Source: Takakia lepidozioides (lineage: Eukaryota; Plantae; Bryophyta). Taken from it: DNA of 64,000 bases. Both the position numbers and the translations under genes were made by a program. The notes beneath the pieces were generated by a model, which was not told the origin of the DNA, searched no databases, and worked only from the letters and a program-made list of their open reading frames with translations. Each line of letters begins with the position of its first letter. Position 1 is the stretch's first letter. The stretch is taken from the NCBI GenBank assembly GCA_030704615.1, contig CM060731.1:62310001-62374000 (forward strand). Direction: 5' to 3'. This document shows positions 37,401 to 49,575 of this stretch, in pieces.

Positions 37401-40400
37401 GTGCGAAAGCTCCAAGACATCGGAAACGTGGTACTCGTTGACACGCGAGGCTTTCATGGAGTACATGTACACGGTGAGATACATCTTCCTTCATCTGCCC
37501 TTTCCATATTCCTGCTTCCACATGTTTGTTTCTGTTTGTTTCCCTTGCCCTTCGGTTCATGCAACTCTCGTGCATTCCCTTGCAGCAAGACATTGCAGAT
37601 GCAGGGGAGCGTGGCAAACTTGAATACTACAGGTCAACCCCTGAGGAGAGAAGGACAGCAAAGGGGGTTGAGACTCACATCCAAAAAGAGATGACCGCTA
37701 CAAGAAGGACTATAATGAGTGCTTTTGTGAAGCAGTTGAGAATTGCCGACCCATCATTCGGAGCGCAGTTTCTCTTGGAGATAAAAAAACCATTATAACA
37801 AGCCAGGCAAGCCAGAGATGGCCCAGGAGAAGTTACACAGGTTGTCTACCGCCGTTGTGTCTTCAGAACAGAAGGTGAAGTGGCTACAGATATGGAACTC
37901 CGATCCCACAGTTAGGGATACACACATGTTCCCCAGGCCGGAGAAAGAGAAGAAGACCCAGCGTGTCATTCCAGTCAGTGACAATGTGCTGGACACATGG
38001 CTTCACAAGGCCACTTACTGGAGCCAGGTGTGATGTCCTTTCCTGTGTCACTTTCTTTTCTCTTTTCCTGTCCTTCTCTTTCCATTGCCTCTGACATTCG
38101 CAGTGATTTTTTTGGGTTCATTCTTGCATTTGAATTGTTTTGCAGTTGGAAGAAAGGGCACGGTCGGTTCTGCATACTCAGCTGGCTGACTATGGCATCA
38201 CTATGACAGCACCGAAGGTCTCCTTCGAAGCATACATGAGGAAATGGAGAGCCACAGTGTGGCACTCTTGTTTCTTTAGAGAGTTCAGCAAGGAGGGTGG
38301 CATCAGTCGAACACATGACCTTGACCAGCAAGAAAAAGGAGAGGAAGCCTGGAAACGATGCCTTTACAGGTGCACTCCCTGGGCAGTTCAGTTTACTTAG
38401 TGTCCTGTGGTTGCAATGTACTGTGACGCATACAGTTTAAGGGGAATGTGATGGAAAAAATGAGAGACAATAATTGCATTGCATAATGAGGCTGTCTTTG
38501 TTCCTGCAGGTACATAAAGTTTGTTCTCATGGAAGAGAATTGTTTGGACAAACATCCAGATTTCGTGGACCTCTGGCTTGTCCCTGCTGGAAATCAGACT
38601 ATGTTTACTACTGGGATCTTGCATGACTGGGGCCCAGACCATCTATCTTCTTGTGGTTGGTATTTGGATTGCCCTCCTTCTGAGACCCCAGCTCCGGAGG
38701 TGTCTTTGAGGAGAGAGAATGAGCGAATTGCAGCCACTAACGCAGCAGCCGACCTCGACATTCATGAGCGAAATTTGAGGACTCTTGCAGAGAAGGAGCC
38801 TCCCGCTCAGGATACCCCGGGTAGAGGTAGAAAGGCAAAGGGGAAAGATGTTGCTGGTGTTGTGGGGAAAGGAAGGGGTAGAGGGAAGGTGGCACAAGGG
38901 CAGGGAAGTGTTGCAGATATTGGCCCAGTTGAGTATTCCATTGTAATTTTGTTTGCAGGCTAAAATGACCAAATCCTGGGTGAACGGGAAGGAGAAGCAA
39001 TATGCAGCCGAACTCATAATCTTGGACATCCCTGATGGGTTGGCAGTCCCGGATGTCCCTCCATCGGGTGCTTGTCCGGGTTGGAATGCTTTTGATGAGC
39101 GCTACTGGCGGTGGGTTTTCTCCTTTTGCAATTTTTTCCTGTCCGATGCAGGTGTTTTGGTGCTCATACAGTCCGCCGACGTTCGCTGTCACCGTGCACT
39201 TGCCAGCTATTTGAAAGCCTCGGGCATGAGAGTCCTGAAGACATGGAATTGTGTGAACAGCATGTACCTTACGAAGGGGGATCGTCCGGGAGAGATGGTA
39301 AATTTACCTTCTTCTTCCTCTTCTTGGTGGTTCTCGGATGGAGTTGTATAGGTCGCTCGATCTCATATGTAGGGGCCTGATTTTTTAAGCTTTTAGTTCC
39401 TTCTGAATGTGTTGTTCGCAGACTTGTTGTTTGAAGCTGTTTGTCTCGTCCGAGTGCATCCACCAACGACTCCGGCCGGCATTTTGGAGTTCGCCATCAC
39501 TCATGGGGGCAAGTTCATAGACGACAGGACAGATCCTCCAACGGATGACATGCACCACAACTACGTCGACAGCAACGTCTGCTTGCGAAGGGGGAATGGG
39601 GTTCCTTGGAGAGGGGCGAGGGAGAGGAGCCCGGCTTTCATTCAAACGATTGTGGAGTGCTGCACCTACACAGACGCCAGAGTTCTGGATTTGTCAATGG
39701 GCACAGGTTCGTCTCTTCAACATTCGGATTTCATGAGGTTTGATGAGCTTGCACTTTCAGTACTTCCCACCGTTCCATATGTGTCTTCAATGTCTGCTTC
39801 CTTCATTCTATTCCACTGCAGGTGCTTCGTACCACGCTTGCAAGGCCAGTGCCCGACATCTCTTTGGGATTGAAGGGGATGCTGAGATTTACAACAACTC
39901 CTTATGGGTTGGGTGGACACACTTCTCAAGTCCTTCCGAAGCCCCGTCCCGCTGATATTGATACAGAGGAGACTTCCGACAAAGAGCTGGACTCTGACTT
40001 TGCCTGTGAGTAAGTTCAACCTGTGCATGCTGGCATTGTTGTTTCAATATCGAGAATCACTCTTCTTGAGGCAAAGTTCACATGGCAGACATCCTCTTCG
40101 TTGGACTTGTGTATTGCATATTGTGTTCTGAATGGGTTTTTGTCGACATGTGCAGGAGTCCGCGTGCTTCCACTTGCCCTCAAGGGCTATCACACCTGTT
40201 TGGACTTCTTTCCAGTCCTCCTCGGTCTTGCGTGCTACCTGTCTATGCGGAGGCACTCGCAACAAGCATGACCGTTCATGGCACTCGGAGTCCACCCATC
40301 CACGGCCGTGGTAGAAGACGTGGTGTTGGGGCCAGAATCTTTGTGGATGACATAGCACAGGAGGTCGAGACTGATTCTGATGACTGTGACACTTGATATG
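34401..40400 (+). CDS. Spliced gene (disrupted): acidic N-terminus, ParB/Srx-like domain, beta-class N4/N6 DNA methyltransferase
   Basis: FHVWDGNHRLLAW (~37030-37065); LIILDIPDG (motif IV position, ~39015); ERSPAFIQTIVECCTYTDARVLDLSMGTG|ASYHACKASARHLFGIEGD (motifs X-I-II across intron 39707-39820); several ~90-140 nt GT-AG introns; in-frame TGA at 36798. Confidence 0.7.
34873..36500. repeat. Tandem array of 14 complete + 1 half long palindromes; ~110 bp monomer in a ~335 bp three-unit higher-order repeat
   Basis: GGCAGCTCAAACAGTGTGCG-N4-CGCACACTGTTTGAGCTGCC at ~34955, 35069, 35183, 35291, 35401, 35512, 35626, 35741, 35849, 35963, 36062, 36175, 36290, (36405 half), 36458. Confidence 0.97.
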
Positions 40401-40508
40401 AAGTTTTCTTTTCGTTTTATTCGGGGCCAAATTTGAAATAGGATGGTTGTGTGTCCTTGTTGTCCTGTTTGCAATGTGTGCGTGGAATGCACATTAATGG
40501 GAACAAAC

Positions 40509-43500
40509 ACATCCTCTTGGAGCTCTCCTATTCTACTATAGACATTGTCTATAGTAGTGGTGGCAATATTCTGCACTTGCAGCCTCAGGTCATTCATCTC
40601 CTCCTGGGTGAGCTTTCTCGGTGCTTTCCCTTCCACTGGCCCTTGTGCTAACCATACTTTTAAAAGTTGGTCATCCACTCTGTCCTGTGTAACATCTCTG
40701 AGACTCTGCTCCTCCTTGAGTCTGTAGGCATCTAACTGCTGTTGCAATCCTTGCATGCGCTTCTCATGAGGTTCAACTAAATTGGCATAAGCTGCAGCCA
40801 GATTATTGGCTTCCCTCGCTGCCTTGTTAGCTACAGAGAGTTGATTCCTATTCGACATAAGGGTCTGTTGTAACTCCACAATGTACTTCTCCTGGTTAGC
40901 CTCAACCTGTTTGTATTGCTGTAAAACACCCTCATTGTGACATATTGTATCTTTGAGGTCCACAATGAATTTGGCTTGCTCCACTACCTCCGTTTCTGCC
41001 CTTACACATCGCTCCCTCTGCTGGTTGGCTTCTGTTGTGGCTTGCTCTAGTGTAGTGTGAAAAGAAGGGGGCATAAATCCCCTTCTAGTTAACTCCTAAA
41101 TTGTTCCTTACCCAAATACACACTTACTCACACCACACTTAAATCACTCCTACTCTATTCATGATCAGAGATTGGGTACCCTCATCCACGCCGCAGCGGA
41201 AGAGAAGACATGGACAGGGGTTGAGAAGTTTCTCAAACTTATAACTTGGCTCATTTGTAAACAGGGTATTGCATATGCCAGGGTTCTGTTTCCTAAATGT
41301 TTCAAGACATACATTATCACAAAATCAGGTTAGCCAGCACCCATGAAGGGCAATCCCTTCATAATACTGGCAGGCTAGTTCCATGAAATACACATCAAGT
41401 TTTATGGTCACTGGTTCAACTACAACGGGCTCCGGGTTTTTCACACACACATAGCCTCACTTTGATGATCCACCATTCCTCTTTCAAGATCTCTTTTCCC
41501 CATCCCTTTGCATCAAGGACATATGACACTTTCAACCCTCTCAATCCCTTCTTGCAGATACAAAATGGGCTACCAATAATCACCCTCAAGTGATCTTCTC
41601 TGTTGCAGCCCTCAGCCCCTGCATGCTTCTAAGTAATCATTCAATCAGCAGCCAACAGGTTTACTTCTACCTGATTCATTCTCTCTGAAAATGCTACTTC
41701 CTAACCTAATTATATGCATGTTGCCCTCATTGTAAGTCATGGGCACTTCTTCTTTACTCAACCTCATTCACATCCGCCCAAAATAGGAAGCATCCTTTGT
41801 TTAAGAACTGACTTCCCAACTTCTTGCAGCACTCCACACAACTTCCACCCTGCCTCACTTTCTCTCTACCACCAGGACTGGTATGAATTCCAGAAGTCAC
41901 CATTCCATTTGCCAAAATCTTTTTCTATCTCCCTCATTTCCATTGAGAGTATCTCTACCAGAATTCCATAGCAACTATCCCTAAGTAAGAGAAGAGTTTT
42001 GTATCTATGAACTTAGCTCTCTTATACTCCAGCTGAAGCGGTTGGATCGCCTGCCTGAAATGGCACCTCACCATCTCTGTCAGCAGCTCCCCTAACTCCT
42101 CTTGTCGTTTGAATGCCACGTTGTAAAAACAAAGATCTATGCATGTCAGATCCTGTCATTGCTCTGCCACTCCACCTTCAGATATTTCGTCGATTCAAGC
42201 GTTCCGTGAGTCATGACAGCTCTGTTTCAACCTATGGCAGTAACCGTTGCTTGCCAACTAACTACCCTATCCTACCATCTCTGCTAATCTACCCTAAGAT
42301 CTGATGTGATAACAAGAAGACAGTCATTATCTGAAAGCTTCCTGCTACATATTTCACTCTTTGCTTCTTTATTTACAGATAACCTGTATCACTGTCCACA
42401 AGCCAATGCCCTCATTCTGGCGATTGCACCATGAATGCAATGGCGGCGGTATCAATTTGCACACCCTACCTCTGGCAGATGCCCGTCATGATGGAGCTGC
42501 TCCATCATCTTAACTAGCCTTTGATCAAGTCGGCAACCCCACCTTCCTATTCCCTGGCAGCAGGCTGTTTCCCTTGCAAGTTCATCCTCCTTGTCATCGT
42601 GGTTATGAGAGTAACGACGGCACTGCCGCCCCTCCACCGAGCTGCTTTCCCCGCAACTCCTACACCTTCAGCGGTCAAATCACAGGAAGCACCGCCTCTA
42701 TGCCTTCATTACTTCTGTCAGTAGTACATGATATTACTTCCCTTGCCCTTGATGAATCGTCCTGCAACACTCCCTCTCTTCAAAGCCATGAAACGATTGC
42801 TGCGCCGCCTCCCTTCTCCTGGCTTGAGCAAAATTACCTAGCTGTTCCCTGCACGATTACCCTCCAGCAAGCCCTAAGCTTCCTCGACCCGCGTTTCTAA
42901 GGTAATCACCAGCGATGAAAGCCATTCATCCTATGGATGAAAAGGCGTATTTCATGACTTAGCCACATTTTGTCCTGGCAGCGCAATAGCATATGGATTT
43001 AACTGTAGGCATGGATACTTCCTTCCTTGTTATTAGCACCAGGGCTCTCCCTTTGTAGTAATGCCGAATCCTGATGCCAAACAAAAATTTCCGTGTTACT
43101 CCCCTGCATTCACACTACACTAGAACATTTGTGAGGGTGGCACATTGCACCGTCATTCTTTGATGTACTACCCCCAGCTCTGCCTGTTGTTCCTTTAGTC
43201 CTTGCATTTCATCCTCATGCTTGCTCTGCAATTGGAATAATTGCTGCTTGTGTATCTCCTGCAGATGGTCTTGCTCCAGACCCCCCTCAATCAGTTGCTG
43301 CTTAGCAAATTGCAGAGCATTCTTTGTTTCCCTTAACTCCTGTTGCAACTGCAGATGCACTTCCATCTCAACTTTGTTAACACCCTCGGTTGCCAACCAA
43401 TTTTCGAACTCTCTTCTGAGTTCCTCCTTCAGAACTTCCAACTGAGTCACTGGAACATGTGACTTCATGTAAGTTCCCAACAAATTGAGGGTTCGGCTTA

Positions 43501-46034
43501 TGGAGTTCATCAGCATAGCCTACTGAGGCCCATTATGGTTAACATGCTGCTGTTCACCCCCCTCATCCATAGGATGATGCCTCACAAACCACTCAGGCCA
43601 CTGCTCCACCGGATCCTCCTTCTCAATTTCCTCATTTCTCCAGATGCTGTTGTGTCCTGATGTTCCTCTTCTGGAACTTGTGGCGCTGGTGGGGGTATTA
43701 CCTGCACATCAGGAAGTTCACTGGACAGATTTTGGACCTCTGGCTCCACTCTCTCTTTGAGCAAACTAGAGTCTTCATAGAGAAGAGCACCTCTCTCAAT
43801 CTCTGCCACCACTTACTCTGTAGTTGGAATATCTAACCCTTCTGTTTCCAAATCTATTATTTATGGAGGAACCGCATGGACCACTTGTGGTAACTCTCTG
43901 GCAAGCCGTTCACCTGGCTGTGATGGCTGTGATACTGAATTGACTTCCTGTTCCCTCTCCACAGGTTGTGCTGTTTGTAACCCTTGATCTTTGTGCTGCT
44001 GTACCCTCTCCTGCACAAGAGCTTGAGTAACTTCTTCCTCCGGCTGCCTTGTAGCCAATGGTTCGGCTCCCAACGTGATCCCTTTCCTCTGTCTTTTGGG
44101 CTGTTGATGCTCTGCCAATCCCCCTTCACCCTGTGAAGAACCTTGCTCTTCTATGGTAGTGGTTGTTATTTCAAACACTCCCATTTCCTTCCTTTCTCTC
44201 GCATCAAGTACGCATGAGTCTAGGATGATTTGTGCAATGACTGGCCCAGATACTATGATAGGAGATTTAGCGGCAGTTCCCTGCAATCTTTTCATCTCCT
44301 CTACTAGTCCGTTGTACATGATGTTCTCCCATGCTACCTCTTCTCCTCTCAGGCCTTTGAGTATTTCCTCTGTGAAGGATGCTCAAATATTGCTGGTTCT
44401 GTTTCATGGCAAAACAGAACGTTCAATATCTGGCCCACCTCCCTGAGCCCTGGGTACACCGCTTTGGTACAAGCATAGCCTTGAGTTTTAAAGAAACTCC
44501 CTTCTTCAAACAAATCTTTCATCTGCAATCTAGCCCTGTGCTCGTCCACATGAACCTGACCTGCTGGCAATGAAAACAGTTGCTGTAGGTATAAGGGAGT
44601 AAGTACTAATTCAACTTCCTTTACCATTGTGGCTCCTGTCTTTGGGTCAAAGTTCTGCAAGAATTCTAACATGTACTTTCGATGGTGCAATGTCCAATCC
44701 TTGTTTTGCAATCCTTGTAATCGCAGTTCCGTCAGTAACTTCACCGCGTATGGCGTCGCAATCGTGTGTTTCTGCAGGATTGTGGTGCTTTTCACCTTGA
44801 TGTCCTCCATCCTCTTACTCTCTTCATTTTAGAGAAACCGTAAGGCTGTGGCTGTAACAACTGAAGTAATGCCTGCAGAGCACAAAGCACAAAACGTATG
44901 ATTGCCACAAAATGCTATGGGTAGTGTCCTGTAAACCTGCGGGGCTTGCAAGCATTGATCAAGAGAAAAGTTACTCTCTGTTGTTTTGTTTCCTCGCCAT
45001 TGCGTGAGTAGTATCGCGAGCGTATAATCTGCTAGTTCCCTCATAGCTTCAAAACTATCGCATTGATTGTCTGTCCTGTCAAGACGCCCGTTACCTGGAA
45101 CGACGCCGACTCTGGCGCTCAGAACCATTTCACTTTCTTGAAGTTGCTCCTGCTTCATGATTGGCTGTAACCGCTGTGACTGGATTTTAGAATTAATTTT
45201 CTTTAGTGGATTTTCCCCGCTGGCCTCTCCAGTAGGATAACACACGTGACAAGAAATTCGTTTTTTTTCTGTACTCGCCGTATGTTCCGTTACCCTTTTT
45301 CCGTATGCATTAATGGGCCCGCCATTCATCCTCTTTGACGTAGTAGGTAGGTACTTTGACGGCCACTCCTGTCCTTTTTCTTGATGACACTTGTTCTTGC
45401 AGGTCCTTCTCAGCTGTGCGTCACGGCCTGACTTCCACGCGTCCATTTTTACTGACTTCCGCCCTTTCTTCCGCCGGCTATTTCCCTGATGTTTTCTTTT
45501 GTCCACCTGTCACTAATCCTATGGACTGTGTAATTCTCATTGCCTGTGTGAGGCTGTGACAGGCTGTGCCGCCCTGTGCTAGGCTGTGCGCGACTGTGTG
45601 ACACAGTGCTGGGCTGTGATGTGTGACCTGTGTTGGGCTGTAATGGTGACCTGTGTTGGCTGATAGGTGTTTCGCCTTGATGGGCTGTGATAGGCTGTGT
45701 CTTGTCGTGATGGGCTGTGATAGGCTGTGTCACGCTTGTTCTGCCCGCCCTGGTCATATATGCTCGGCCTAGCGACAAATGCTCCATACTCCGTTGGTAA
45801 CACTGGCGCAGCCCGTGACTGCTCTTGCGTTTCAACATGCAAATCATGCTGCAATGGTTTGTCATGGATACCACTGTACCCCTTCAACTTATTGGCATTG
45901 ACTCTTCCCAGCATTTCTTTGTTAATGGTTTGTAACATGGCGGTGTTGTTATCATACATCTTTTGTATGACATAAGGTCCTTTCCATGGTGATTTAAGCT
46001 TAGAAGCTTTAATCTTTCCTTCTTCTGCAACCAT
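40509..46034 (-). pseudogene. Extra post-integrase ORF of copy C, fragmented and split by the 41051-43119 insertion
   Basis: Homologous peptides DYTLAILLTQW, AKSPIIVSGP, VWLAQGPVEGKAPRKLTQ; reading ..TLTNVL|EQATTEA.. is restored by removing the insertion. Confidence 0.85.
41051..43119. mobile_element. 2069 bp insertion, probably a solo LTR, with a 4-bp TSD
   Basis: Ends TGTAGTGTGAA...TTCACACTACA (11-bp inverted repeat); CTAG at 41047-41050 and 43120-43123; no convincing ORF. Confidence 0.85.
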
Positions 46035-49000
46035 AGAACCAAATCTCCCGTCTTAAAAGTTTTTAACTTGCCTTCATCAAACTGTTCCTTCCTCTTCATC
46101 TGAATTCTGGTCATATTATCAGCTGCATCAGCACGTACTTCTTCCACATGGTATAATTCATGTTTCCTGACCTTAATGGAATCTTGCAATTCCATTCTCT
46201 TTCCCCATTCCGTTCTTATGGTAGGTAACAAGAATTCCACTGGAAGTAAGGCTTCCATACCATAAACTAATTGGAATGGTGTATACTTAGTGGTGACTTT
46301 ATATAATGTCTTGTATGACCACAAGGCTGTCAGCAGCTTTGTATCCCAATCCGTTGTTTGCATTGACTATCTTAGCCAAGATAGTACATAGTATTTTGTT
46401 GGTAGCCTCTACCTGCCCATTACCCTATGGGTAATACGTTGTACTCTTCCTATGCACAATCATGAACTCTTTAGTCAATAATTCAATGGTCTCATTAATG
46501 AAGTGACTTCCCTGATCACTGATAAATTCCATGGGACAGCCAAATCGTGTAAGTATGTTCTCATACAGGAACCTTGCTGGACTTGGCTGTGTTGTCCCTC
46601 AAAGCTTTAGCTTCCACCCACTTCGTAGTATAATCAGTGGCTGTAATTATGTACCTGTTTTCGTGTATTCTTGGCTGGTGGATTAATCGGTCCAACAAAG
46701 TCTAGTCCCCATTTCTGAAATGGGTTCCGTAGGCATTGTAGGATGCAAGGCCATCCTTCCAGATCTCTGCAAAGGTCCTAGCCTCTGACATTCATCACAA
46801 CTTTGACAATACTTGTGTACATCTTTGAATAAAGTAGGCCACCAGTAACCTGCGAGTAGTATCTTTCTACTGGTAGTCTCTTCTCCAAAATGACCTCCAG
46901 CCACTCCTTTATGAACTTCCTCCAAAACTTTATTTACTTCATGGTGGTACAAGCATCGTTTTAGTACTCCATCAGGTCCTAGCTTATACATTCTGCTTCC
47001 TACCATAGTATAAGGTAAAGCTTTGATAGCGATTCTCTTCCTCTGCTCCTTACCATAACTAGGTGGGCATTGACCATGAGTAAGGTAGTATCTGATTGGC
47101 CACTGCCAATCTAACCATTCATCTGCACTTCCTTGCACCTCCATTACAAATAAACTCGCATCAGGTAACTGATCGTCCACTCATGTGGCGGCCTCTCCTG
47201 TTGTTAGTCGTGACAAATGATCTGCCACAAGATGCAAACGGCCAGGCTTGTAAATAACTTCGAACTCAAACTCATGCAAGATTAACCACCTCGCTATCCT
47301 TCCACTTATCAAAGGTTTGTTCACCAGATATATCAGAGCCTGGTGATCCACATAAAACATAAACTTTCTTCCCAATAGGTAATGCCTGAATTTCTTCACT
47401 GCATAGATCATTGCCAATGCTTCTCTTTCCGTTGTGCTATAATTTCTTTCGGCATTGTTCATCAATCGGCTAGCATAGTACACAGGTGAATCTATCCTTC
47501 CTGTAACATTCTGGGCTAACACTGCTCCTAGTGCTTCTCCAGAAGCATCACAGTGAACATGAAATATTTCCTGCCAGTGAGGATTTATTAGCACAGGTGT
47601 AGTTGTTACTGACAATGTAAGTTCCTCAAAAGCCTGTTGACATTCAGGTGTCCATGCAAACACTGCATCTTTCTTCAAAAGTTTGCTCAATGGTGCTGCT
47701 ATCTGTGCATACCGTCTGACAAATCTTCTGTAATAGCTGGTTTGTCCAAGGAATCTCCTTAGACACTTAACATTCACTGGTGGTGGAGAGGCTTTAATGG
47801 CCTCTGTTTTCCTGGGATCCACAAGAAGTCCCCTTACACACAATGTGTCCCAGAAGCACCCCTGAGATCACACAGAAAGTACACTTCTCTGGATTCAGGC
47901 CCAGACCTCTCATCCTGCATCTGGCCAGACATAACTCCAATTTATGCAAGTGCTCATTCTTAGAGCTGTACACACTGAAATCATCCAAGAACACCTGCAT
48001 GAAATCATCCAGATACTCATGAAAAGATTCACTTATCACTCTCTGAAAGGTTGCTGGTGCATTACAAAGTCCAAAGGGCATGACTTTGTATGCATAAGCA
48101 CCCCAGTCTATGATGAAAGCTGTCTTTCCTTGGTCTTCTTCTACCACTTGCACTTGATTATAACCACTGAAGCCATCCATGAATGAGTACATCTCATGGC
48201 CTGCCACAGTGTCCAATACTGCTTCTGTGAATGGCAAAGGGAAAGGATCTTTCTTCGTACAAGCATTCAGCTTCTTGTAGTTCACACAAACTCTTAGTTT
48301 ACCATTCTTCTTGGGAACTATCACAATGGGTGACAACCAAGTTGTATACTCTATTGGGTATATAAACTTAGCCTCAGCCAACTTCTTGATCTCTTCTCCA
48401 ACCTTCTGTGCATAGGGATTCATTCTGTACCTTGCCTGCTTGATTGGTACTGATCCTGGTTCCAGTTCAATCTTATGCTGACAGATCTCAGGTGGTATCC
48501 CTTTTAGATCCTCATAGCTCCAAGCAAATACATCTCTGTATTTGATGAACAAACTCTTAGCTTCTTCAAAGAATTCTGGCTCCATTTCAGCTCCTACCTT
48601 CACCATCCTCGGTTCCTCTTCAGGTCCCACATTCACTTCCCTCACCTGGTCATCAGCTGTGATTGTCCAACCAGTCACCACTTCATCCTGTAAACTCACA
48701 GTGGCTAGTTCCTCTAGGATTTCCATTTCTCCTTCTCTTCTTCATAGAAATGTGATGGGGTAACTGCTGGCTTCCTCTTCAATTGGTGTTGCTGACACTA
48801 CACCACAGCAGATACTTCTTAAACAACTTAGGCCTTCCAGCCGCATCTCTGCAACCTGCTCCAACTCTGGGTGTGCCGCAAACAGGGTAGCTTCCTGCTC
48901 CTCATCCAGTCCTCCTCTCCAGTCATACTCTCTGATCCCTCGAGGTCTTCTCGTAGCAGGTAATCTACTAGATTTCTTTGTGGTATTTTGTATCTCGTGC

Positions 49001-49575
49001 ATCCCATTATGCACGGTTAGTAACTGAGAATTCCAGTCATGGAATACCCTGGCCTGTTTCAGCCACGGACGTCCCAATAATAAGGAGTAAGCCTCCATGA
49101 CTTCATCCATCTTTAACACAGTTACTGTGATCATAAAGATCATCTTCTGTATCTGTATCTTAACTCCTCTTATTAATCCCACTGGCTGTACACTCCTTTG
49201 ATCTGCCATTGTTACTGTAAATGGGGCTGGTTTCATGTTGTTTAGACCTAGCTTCTGTCTCAATTGGTCTGTCATGATATTCACACCAGAGCCTCCATCT
49301 ATCAGTACATCTGCCAGCTGTGTGCTTCCAATTCTCAACTGGATAACAGGCATAGAATCATCAAAATCCCTGACTGTTTCTTGTCCTTCTGGCCTCACAT
49401 TATAACTGGTCACCTTGCTGTTCAGGTCTGTGTTCTCTGTCAATTGGGCAATCCTGTTGATTGCTTGATACAGCCTGTGTCTACAATAAGGTGCCACAGC
49501 TAATAGCTGTCCAATGGTAATTTCCACTTTGGACTGGCATATCACTTCAGCCAATGTCCCTTCCTTACCCTGCAC
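45884..49575 (-). pseudogene. pol: pol of copy C (PR 48742-49575, RT 47794-48726, RH 47181-47843, INT 45884-47180)
   Basis: Same motifs as element A, near-identical protein; frameshifts and stops. Confidence 0.93.

Larger units (their letters stand above)
27400..40508. mobile_element. Candidate composite Mutator-like DNA transposon with kinase and ParB-methyltransferase cargo (termini not identified)
   Basis: Contiguous orphan ORF, kinase, MULE transposase, palindrome array and ParB-MTase; no TIR or TSD found; right side cut by element C. Confidence 0.5.

Noticed and set aside
36591-39900. Bacterial contamination explaining the ParB/MTase
   Set aside because: Gene has multiple GT-AG introns and is contiguous with plant transposons
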